Source: an uncultured Chloroflexia bacterium
Lineage (GTDB): Bacteria; Chloroflexota; Dehalococcoidia; DSTF01; JALHUB01
DNA length: 64,000 bases
Direction: 5' to 3'
Assembly: GCA_963703345.1 (NCBI GenBank)
Contig: OY969814.1
Span: 1,056,001-1,120,000 of the forward strand
Shown here: positions 27,064-36,500 of the stretch, piece after piece
Numbering within the stretch: the stretch's first letter is position 1
Layout of the letters: every line of letters begins with the position of its first letter
Program-made: the position numbers and the translations under genes
The notes under the pieces: generated by a model
Databases searched by the model: none
What the model was told of the DNA's origin: nothing
Seen by the model: the letters and a program-made list of their open reading frames with translations, nothing else

Positions 27064-28623
27064 CTACGCCGGCGCGTCCTTTGCCCGCTCCTTGTCGATG
27101 AGCTCTCGCCGTAGTATCTTGCCGGTCAGGCTCTTCGGTATGACGTCGATGAATTCCAGTTCGCGCACCTTCTTGTAGGGGGCCACCCTTTCCTCGATGA
27201 ACCCTCGTATCTCCTCGGCACTGGCAGTGGCGCCTGGCCGGAGGACGACGAACGCCTTGGGGAAATCGCTGCCGTCCACCTGGCGCTTGGGGATGACGGC
27301 GGCGTCGAGCACGGCGGGATGGGTCGTGAGGAGGGCCTCGAGCTCAGCGGGAGCTATCTGATAGCCCTTGTACTTTATCAGTTCCTTCTTGCGATCGACG
27401 ATGTGGACGTAGCCGTCCTCGTCGACATAACCGATGTCGCCGGTTCGCAGCCAGCCGTCCTCGGTCAGGGTATCGGCGGTTGCCTGCGGCTGGTTCCAGT
27501 AGCCCTTCATGATCTGCGGCCCCTTCACCAGAAGCTCTCCCTCCTTTCCCGCTGGCAGCTCTTCGTCGGTGTCCAGGTCAACCACCTTCTCCAGAGTGTC
27601 GGAAACGGGAGCGCCCACGGCGTCAAGCTTGATCATGTGGATAATCTGGGTGTTGATGAGGGGGCTGGTCTCGGTCAGGCCGTAGCCATTGATTAGGGGG
27701 CAGTTGAAGGCTCGGGTGGCCTGCTCGGCCAGTTCCAACGGCAGGGGCGCGGCCCCGGAATAAATGAAGCGCAGAGACGACTTGTCGTATTGGGAGAAGC
27801 TGGGATGATTCAGCATGATGAGCAGGGCAGGAGGAACGGTGAACACGTCGGTCGCCTTGTACTTCTGGATGAGGGCCAGGATCTGCTCTGGGTTGAAGCC
27901 GGGCACCACTACCTGGGTCCCGCCGCTGGCAAAACCCGCGTTCATAAGCATGTTCATTCCGTAGATGTGAAAGAAAGGCAAGAAGTGGAGCCCGACGCTG
28001 TCGGAACTGGTGTAGCCTACGGCCAGCATTTGGTGGATGTTACTGGTGAGGTTGAAGTGAGTCAGCATGACCCCTTTGGGTAGGCCGGTGGTGCCGCTGG
28101 AGTAGGGGAGGACGGCGAGGTCTTCAACGGGATCGATCTCGACGGGCAGCGGCTCCGGCGGGGTGTCCTTCGCCCATTCCCAGAGGTCCTCCATGCAGTA
28201 GACTCGCTTTACGTTGGGGAGCTTCTCGACGGTCGATTGGGCCACGGGCATCAGAACATGGGCGACAAGAAGAACGACAGCGCCTGAATCCTCGAGTTGG
28301 TGGTGAACCTCTCCTTCCTTGTACATGGAGTTCAGAGTGGTCGCAACGGCACCGGCGCGAAGGATGCCCTGTACGGCGACGAGGTACTCGGGACAGTTGG
28401 GGGAAAAGATGCCCACGCGGTCCCCCTTGACTACACCCTCATCCTGAAGAAAGCGAGCGACCTTCTTCGACCAGTGAATTATCTGCCCAAAGGTGTGCTC
28501 CTTGCCGTCGGGTGATATCGCGGCCGCCTTGTCCCCGAACCCGGCGCCACAAGCTTCCAGGAAGTGGGCCAGGTTCATCTTGGGATAGGGCTCCAGGGTC
28601 ATCCAGGGACTTGTGATGGGCAT
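27064..28623 (-). CDS. AMP-dependent acyl-CoA ligase (4-coumarate-CoA ligase-like)
   Basis: YSSGTTGLPKGV, GYGLTETSP, WLRTGD, DRKKELIKYKGYQIAPAELE, PKSLTGKILRR. Confidence 0.93.
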   Translation of the reverse strand: MPITSPWMTLEPYPKMNLAHFLEACGAGFGDKAAAISPDGKEHTFGQIIHWSKKVARFLQDEGVVKGDRVGIFSPNCPEYLVAVQGILRAGAVATTLNSMYKEGEVHHQLEDSGAVVLLVAHVLMPVAQSTVEKLPNVKRVYCMEDLWEWAKDTPPEPLPVEIDPVEDLAVLPYSSGTTGLPKGVMLTHFNLTSNIHQMLAVGYTSSDSVGLHFLPFFHIYGMNMLMNAGFASGGTQVVVPGFNPEQILALIQKYKATDVFTVPPALLIMLNHPSFSQYDKSSLRFIYSGAAPLPLELAEQATRAFNCPLINGYGLTETSPLINTQIIHMIKLDAVGAPVSDTLEKVVDLDTDEELPAGKEGELLVKGPQIMKGYWNQPQATADTLTEDGWLRTGDIGYVDEDGYVHIVDRKKELIKYKGYQIAPAELEALLTTHPAVLDAAVIPKRQVDGSDFPKAFVVLRPGATASAEEIRGFIEERVAPYKKVRELEFIDVIPKSLTGKILRRELIDKERAKDAPA

Positions 28624-29044
28624 TGTCTTTCCCCTTCTGAAGAGGTATCTCCTCCGGAATTCCGCATTTCAACGTGGCGAGCCGGAAATTGGGACTGCTC
28701 CCGACTGATGAGATACTACTCTGAGCTGAATACCGCATCAACCTTCCTCTTTGCCAATGAGAGGAGAGTTCCTTTGCCCCTCCTATCGTGACCTGCGTCC
28801 TAGACCCTCTGTGTGCCAGGCATATCGCCCTAAGCGCCGTGTTAGCGCATGCCACAAACGGCCAGCGGCGCGAGCGAAAGCACGCAGTTGTCGTCTGAAA
28901 ACAAGCTCCTTGACACAGCGTTGCGGCGGGCCTCGGCACGAGTAGGGGAAGCGTCATCAATTGCGCCACGACGTTGTGGCACACCCCTCCGCGGTCCCGG
29001 CCCTTCCTGATGCTCCGCCTTCCACACGGTGGCCATTGGCGCCG

Positions 29045-29073
29045 TTGACGCGCCCGACGGATGCCCCTACAAT
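29045..29073 (+). promoter_or_regulatory. Sigma70-type promoter, copy 1 of a direct repeat
   Basis: TTGACG-17 bp-TACAAT upstream of ORF 29139. Confidence 0.7.
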
Positions 29074-29138
29074 CGCCGCGACGAGCGTTTTGCATGGAAT
29101 GTTGGCTCGACCTCGGGGCCGGTCAGGGGACTCGCAGG

Positions 29139-29846
29139 ATGCCGCTATTCTCGAAGAAGCCAGAGGTCAACCTGGAGACCTTCTGCTCCGAGTTCTTCGA
29201 TTCGCAGATTCTCGCCCCGGTGATCGCAGGGGTAGATGGTGCCGTTTTCGTAGAAACCCTCTTGGAATCCGTTGGAAGCGCTGATCCTTCGTTCGGGCGC
29301 GCGACTTTGCCCGCTTTTCGACGAGAAATCAACGCGCTCCACACCGAACTGTTCGGCCTCGCGTTTGACTTAGTCGTGAAGAAGGCTCCTCTTTGTTTGA
29401 AGGTGAGTGCCTGGACCAAGCGGTACCTTGAGGAAAAGGGCGCAACTGACATGTGGGCGGGTGCCGAGGTGTACAATCAGACGATTGCACGTTCCAGCCA
29501 TGAGATCTTTCAGCGGGAGCGAATTCGAAGGGCGAACATCACCTTCTTGAACTCATTCCGCTTTAGAAGCGCAAAGAAATGGTACGAAGCCGCCACCGCG
29601 GCTGATGCCTCGTTCGCCGGAACAGATCCAGAATGCATGGTTCGTGTCGCGAACCGTTTAGGCACTGAGGTGGCTTGGAGGAAGGGAATCACTCTCGCCA
29701 TGCTGGTAGGTACGTTGCTTCAGCAACTCGGAGTCGAAGTGAATGCCGAGGCGCGCTTCCGCCTTCAGACTATCGTGTCCGGTCTGTACGAAGGCGCTCG
29801 GGAGACTGTTGCGTCAGTGTCCTTCGATGTCCCTCGTGGGGGATAA
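29139..29846 (+). CDS. Hypothetical protein (235 aa, predicted helical)
   Basis: Long ORF MPLFSKKPEVNLETFCSEFFD..., with a strong promoter upstream and visibly lower GC than its neighbours; no family recognised. Confidence 0.7.
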   Translation: MPLFSKKPEVNLETFCSEFFDSQILAPVIAGVDGAVFVETLLESVGSADPSFGRATLPAFRREINALHTELFGLAFDLVVKKAPLCLKVSAWTKRYLEEKGATDMWAGAEVYNQTIARSSHEIFQRERIRRANITFLNSFRFRSAKKWYEAATAADASFAGTDPECMVRVANRLGTEVAWRKGITLAMLVGTLLQQLGVEVNAEARFRLQTIVSGLYEGARETVASVSFDVPRGG

Positions 29847-29878
29847 TCAGTGCGTGCGAATGGCACAAGATAGGGGCA

Positions 29879-29907
29879 TTGACGCGCCCGGCGGACGCCC
29901 CTACAAT
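29879..29907 (+). promoter_or_regulatory. Sigma70-type promoter, copy 2 of the direct repeat
   Basis: TTGACG-17 bp-TACAAT; the spacer differs from copy 1 at 2 positions. Confidence 0.7.
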
Positions 29908-30028
29908 CACCGCATTGCCAGCCTGCTTACCACGGCCAGCATCATCGCCTCGGGCCGCCCGCGGCGCATCGGTGCTCATCTGATCCGCCGACAACTCTAC
30001 AAGCAAACCAGCCGCATCATTCGCAAGA

Positions 30029-30184
30029 TCAAATAGCGAAGGGCGGTTGCCGCTGTGGGGTGGCAAAACTCCATCCGTATGGGCAGCGCCAGCAGGTCTC
30101 ACGCGGATCGACCTTGTGGTCCAGGTACACCCACCCGCCGCAATGGGCACAGCGGCGGCACCTGATACTAGGCACACGCGACAA
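30029..30184 (-). CDS. Small Cys-rich Zn-ribbon-like protein (about 51 aa)
   Basis: RCRRCAHCGGWVYLDHKVDPRETCWRCPYGW; GGAG 7 nt before a TTG start. Too short for the ORF track. Confidence 0.45.
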   Translation of the reverse strand: MSRVPSIRCRRCAHCGGWVYLDHKVDPRETCWRCPYGWSFATPQRQPPFAI

Positions 30185-30510
30185 GCTCACTCTCCAAGCT
30201 TAGGAATTGCCCATTTTTTCGCGCAAGACGCCGATTATGAAGGTGCCCCGTCGGGGGAGCCCGGAGGTAAACAGGCTCGTTGCGGCCAGCGGCGGCCAAG
30301 AGCAAGAATCACGCCAGCACACCCCAGCGGGGCCATAGCAGGAATGGGGCAGAGAAGGCACGCGCGGATTGGCGTCACGATGTTCGGGTCGTGTGTGTTG
30401 AAGGGCGTAACGGTGAGCGCTAGATCTGCCAGTACACTTCGTAAAGCCACAGGGGTTCTCGAAGCCGCGCAGCGCACCGTAGCGTCTTGCAGCTTGATGG
30501 GCCGCGCATC

Positions 30511-33500
30511 ATGATGCAATCGAAGATTCGCCAAGGTCAGGGGGAAACTGGCTTGAACAGCGGCAGCCGGGGTTTTCGTAGCGCCATCCGCACCATCTGG
30601 GGCCGCCGCCACAAGCAGGGGGTCGAGCCGGCACGGAGCGGCGACGACCTGCCACCGCTGCGCGCCGAGCTGCTCAGCCTCGAGCAGCTTAAGGGCCACG
30701 CGAAAGAGCTTGCGGCGAGGCACGCCGTCGAGGAGAAGCGGGGGCCGGATCTTCTGCTCCCACAGCTCAATGAGAACGAGCGTGTCCTCCTCAATGCCTA
30801 CCGGCTCATGACGGACGAGGGGGAAGAACAGGTTCGTGTCACTCCGGCCGCCGAGTGGCTGCGCGACAACTTCTACCTTATCGAGGAGCAAATACGGGCC
30901 GCGCGGGCCCACCTGCCCAAGGGGTACAGTCAGGAGCTCCCCCGCCTGCTGGGCGGCACCTCGGCCGGCTACCCCGTCGTCTACGCCATCGCCTTAGAGC
31001 TTGTCTCCCACGGAGACGGGCGCGTCGACGCGGGCAGTCTGAGCGCTTTCGTCTCTGCCTACCAGGCAATCAGACCGCTAAAGTTGGGCGAGCTTTGGGC
31101 GATTCCGATCATGCTGCGCCTGGCGCTGATTAACAACCTTCGCCGCGTCGCGGCTCGCATCGCCGCCGACCGACTCGCGCGCAACCAGGCGAACCATTGG
31201 GCCGACCGGATGATCGAGGTGGCGGGGAAAGAGCCGACGAGCCTGATCCTCACCCTAGCGGACATGGCGCGGTCCCGGCCGCAGATGTCCAGTGCCTTTG
31301 TAGCTGAACTCGCCCGCCGGCTCCAGGGCCAAGGCCCCGCGCAGGCGATGCCGCTTACCTGGCTGGAGCAACGGCTCACCGAGATGAGCCTGACGATCGA
31401 GCGGCTGATCCAGCTTGAGGGCCAGCAGCAAGCAGAGGGCCAGGTTTCGATCAGCAACAGTATCGGCAGCCTCCGCTTCCTCGACGCCACCGACTGGCGT
31501 GAGTTCGTGGAGACGATGAGTGTCGTCGAGGACACGCTCCGTGACGACCCGGCCGGCGTCTACAGTCAGATGGACTTCGCCACGCGCGACCGCTACCGGC
31601 ACGTCGTCGAACGCGCGGCCCGCCGAGGCGGCCTCGCGGAGCGAGAGGTGGCGCAGAAAGCGGTGGACTTGGCAGCGGCCGCGCGGACGCAGGCCGGCTC
31701 CCAGGACCGGACGGCCCACGTCGGCTACTACCTGATCGACCGGGGCGTCCCGCTTTTCGAGCGCGCCGCTCAGGTCCGCCTCTCGCCCCTTGAGCGACTT
31801 CGGCGAGCGGCAGGCCGCATACCCCTGCTCCTCTACCTCGGTTCGATCTGGCTGATCGCCGCGACCGTAACGTTCGCGGTGCTGGTGCAGGCCATGGCCT
31901 TCGGTACCCGGGGCTGGGGGCTGCTACCGCTCGGCGCGCTCATCCTCCTTTGCGCCAGCTCGCTCGGGATCGCAGTCGTGAACTGGCTGGCGACGATTCT
32001 CGTCAAGCCCAACACGCTGCCGCGGCTCGACTTCTCGCGGGGAATACCTTCCGACCTGCGCACGCTCGTCGTCGTGCCCATGCTCCTTACCGAGCCGGAG
32101 GACATCGAAGATCTGCTTGGCGCGCTGGAGGTGCGTTTTCTGGCGAACCACGACAATAACCTCTACTTCGGACTGCTGACGGACTTCCGCGACGCGCCGG
32201 CGGAGGTGATGCCGGAAGACGGGGAACTGCTCCGTCTGGCGCGCGAGGGAATCGAGACGCTCAACCGCAAGTACCAGGACGACCGCGATGACGCCTTCTT
32301 CCTCTTCCATCGACCGCGCCGCTGGAACCCTCAAGAGCGCGTGTGGATGGGCCACGAACGCAAGCGGGGGAAGCTGAGTGACCTCAACGCCCTCCTGCGT
32401 GGTGCGGAGGACGGCCGATTCTCGCTGATCGTCGGCGAACGGTCGGTGCTGCCGGCCGTCAAATACGTGCTCACGCTCGACGCCGACACGGAGCTCCCTC
32501 GCGACGCCGCCCGCCTCCTCGTCGGCACGCTCAGCCACCCTCTCAACCGACCGCGTTACGATGAGGCGAAGGGGCGCATCTGCGAAGGCTACGGCATCCT
32601 GCAACCGCGCCTATCGCCGGCGATGGCGAACGTCAGCCGCTCACCGTTCAGCCGCCTGTTCGGCGGTGAGCCCGGCATCGACCCCTATACACGCGCCGTC
32701 TCCGACGTCTACCAGGACGTCTTCCGCGAGGGGTCTTTCACCGGCAAGGGAATCTTCGACGTGGACGCTTTCGAGCGGGCGCTCGGCGGCCGCTTCCCCG
32801 AGAACCTGATCCTCAGCCACGACCTGCTTGAAGGCTGCTATGCGCGGTCCGCGCTTGTCACTGACGTTCAACTCCAAGAGAGCTACCCGACGCGCTTCAG
32901 TGCCGATGTGACCCGCCGCCACCGCTGGATCCGCGGTGACTGGCAGATCGCCCGTTGGCTGTTGCCGTTTGCGCCCGATGCCAGCGGCCGTTCGGCGCGC
33001 AACCCGCTCTCGGCGCTCTCGCGCTGGAAGATATTCGACAATCTACGGCGGAGTCTACTGCCCGGTGCGCTCGTGCTCCTCCTGCTCCTTGGGTGGACAA
33101 CTCTTGGGCCGGCTTGGTTCTGGACATGCATTGTCGCCGGCATCGTCCTTCTCGGTCCGCTTCTGGCCTTCCTTGGCGACATCGCCGCCAAGCCAACGGG
33201 TCTGCCGATCCGCTTGCACCTCAGGGCCGCCGCCGCGTCGGGCGCCAGGCGAATGGCCCAGAGCGCGTTCGGCCTGGCGGTCCTGCCCTACGAAGCGGCT
33301 TTCAGCCTGGACGCCGTGCTCAAGACTTGGTGGCGGATGCTAGTCACGCGGCGCGGTCTCCTTAAGTGGACAACGTCAAGCGACGCCAGGCGGAGCGCCA
33401 GCAGGCGGCTCGCCGAGTTCTTGCGAATGATGTGGGTAGCGCCGGCCATAGCTCTCGCGGTGATGGGCTACCTCTCGGTTGAGCGGCCTATGGCGCTCCT

Positions 33501-36500
33501 GCCTGCGGGGCCGCTTCTCGCTGCCTGGGTGGCCTCGCCGGTCATTGCCTGGTGGGTAAGCCGACCGATCGAGCAGCGGGAGCCGCACCTCTCGCCCGTG
33601 CAAACGAACTTCCTGCGCAAGCTGGCCCGCGAGACGTGGCGCTTCTTCGAGACGTTCGTAGGCCCTGAAGACAACTGGCTGCCGCCCGACAGCTATCAGG
33701 AGGAGCCGATCGAGACGGTTGCCCACCGGACCTCGCCCACGAACATGGGACTTTCACTCCTCGCCAACCTGGCTGCGTACGACTTCGGTTATATATCCGC
33801 CCGCCGCCTGATCGAGCGGACGACGCGCGCACTCCAGACGATGGAGGGGCTGGAGCGGAACCGCGGCCACTTCTACAACTGGTACGACACGATCACGCTG
33901 CGGCCGCTTGCGCCGCTCTATGTTTCCACGGTTGACAGCGGCAACTTGGCCGCCCACCTACTCACGCTGAGGCCGGGCTTGCAGGAGTTGGCGGATAGCC
34001 AGGTTCTGCCACCTCAGGCTCTTGGCGGCCTCCGCGACACGCTCGGCCTCCTGGCCGGCGCAGCACGGGCTGCCCGCTCGCCCGAGACGCCAGATAGTGA
34101 CAGCGGCCTCACCGGAATGCTCGACGAGATCGCCGGGTTAATCGACACGCCGGCCAGCCCTCCCGTCGGCCTCTACGCCTGCCGCTCACTCCTCGATCAG
34201 TTGATGACGGCGGCTGGGCGCATCGCTGGCGACTTGGGCCCCGAGCCCGATGCCGAGGCGGAGTGGTGGGCTCGCTCGTTCAAGGAGCAGTGCGAGGACT
34301 GGCTCGGCGACCTCGACCACCTAGCGCCCTGGGCGGCACTGTCGCCTCCGCCCGACGCCCTAGTCGATAACGGGGCTACCGAAGCCGCGGCGTCCGAGGC
34401 GTTGTTCGATGCGATCTGCCGGCTCGAGGAGGGCCCCACGCTCCGCGAAACCGCCGACTTCAGTGAGACGCTCATCCCGGCGCTCGACGCCAGGCTTGCC
34501 GCCCTCACGGTCGACGGCACGCGACCTGCCCACGAGTGGCTGGCCCGTTTACGGGGCGCAGTGAGCGAGGCGAGCAGCCACGCAGCTGACCGGTTGGAAA
34601 CCATCGAGCGGCTCGGCGGGCTCAGCTACAGGCTGGCCGACGCGGACTACGACTTCCTGACGGACCATTCGCGCAACCTGTTCGCCATCGGCTACAACGT
34701 CGCCGAGCGGCGGCGCGACCCGAGCTACTATGATTTGCTGGCCTCAGAGGCGCGGCTTGCCAGCTTCGTCAGCATCGCGCAACGACACCTGTCGCAGGAT
34801 CACTGGTTCGCGCTTGGTCGCCTCGTCACCACCTCCGGCGCCGACCCCGCTCTCCTCTCCTGGGGCGGCTCCATGTTCGAATACCTGATGCCGCTCGTCG
34901 TCATGCCGACATACGGCGGCACTGTGCTTGACGGGACCTATAAGGCCATCGTCCGTCGTCAGATCGGGTACGGCGCGCAGCGGGGCGTCCCTTGGGGCAT
35001 CTCGGAGTCCGGCTACAATACGACGGACGCCCACCTCAACTACCAGTACCGCGCCTTCGGCGTGCCGGGGCTCGGCTTCAAGCGAGGTCTCGCGGAGGAC
35101 CTCGTCGTCGCGCCCTACGCGACGGTGATGGCGCTGATGGTCTCACCGAAAGAGGCATGCGCAAATCTTGAGCGCCTCGCCGACCTCGGCGCGGAGGGCC
35201 GCTACGGCCTCTACGAGGCGATCGACTACACATCCTCGCGCCTGCCGCGCGGCGAGACGTTTGCGCTCGTGCGGTCGTTCATGCCACACCACGAGGGTAT
35301 GAGCTTCCTCTCTCTCGCCTACGCGCTCCTCGGCCGGCCGATGCAGCGCCGCTTCCTCTCCGAGCCGATCTTTCGGGCGACAGAGGGTCTGCTGCAGGAG
35401 CGCGTGCCTAAGGTCGCACCTTTCTACCCAAACGCCGCCGAGACGTCCGGGCTGCAGCAGCGCGCCGGTGAGTACCAGGCCCTCCTTCGCGTGTTCAGCA
35501 ACCCCAACTCCGCCTCGCCGGAGGTGCACCTGCTTTCCAACGGCAGCTACAACGTTATGGTGACCAATGCCGGGGGCGGCTATAGCCGTTGGCGCGACCT
35601 CGCGGTCACGCGCTGGCAAGAGGATGCGACTCGCGATTGCCACGGCACGTTCTGCTACCTCCGCGACCTGACGAGCGGCGAGGTATGGTCCACGGCCTAC
35701 CAGCCGACGCTGAGGCAGCCGAAGACCTACGACGCGATCTTCTCCCAGGCGCGCGCCGAGTACCGCCGCCGCGATGGCGAGATCGACACGCATACGGAGA
35801 TCGCCGTCTCGCCGGAGGACGACGTCGAGATCAGACGCATCAGGATAACGAATCGCTCCGGCACGCGGCGCACTATCGAGGTGACGAGCTATGCGGAAGT
35901 AGTCATGGCGCCGCCGGCCGCCGACGCCGCCCACCCGGCCTTCAGCAACCTCTTCGTCCAGACGGAGATCGTCCCGTCGCACGACGCCGTCCTTTGCTCG
36001 CGGCGGCCTCGCTCGCCCGGCGAGCCGACGCCCTGGATGGTCCATTTGATGGACGCGAGAGCGACATCCTCCATCGGCGAGACATCGTTCGAGACGGACC
36101 GGCTGCGCTTCATCGGGCGGGGCCGCTCCCTCGCCGACCCTGAAGCAATGCAAGACACTGGCCGCCTTTCCGGTAGCCAGGGCGCCGTGCTTGACCCGAT
36201 CGTCTCAGTCCGCCGCCAGGTTACGGTGGGTCCGGATGAGACGGTCTGGGTGAACGTGGTGACCGGTGTCGGCGAGACGCGCCAGCGGGCGATGGCGCTC
36301 GCAGGCAAGTACCACGACCGCCGCCTGGCCGACCGTGTCTTCGATCTGGCGATGACCCACCGGCAGGTCGTCCTCCGCCAGCTCAACGCGACCGAGTCCG
36401 ACGCCCAACTCTACGGCCGCCTCGCTAGCTCGATCGTCTACGCCAACGCGGGCCGCCGAGCGCCGGCGAACGTGCTCGCTCGCAACCGGCGCCCGCAGTC

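Noticed and set aside
28685-28725. GAAA...hairpin...CTGATGAG, hammerhead ribozyme-like
   Set aside because: No stem I or cleavage triplet between the elements, and no GAAA after a stem II.
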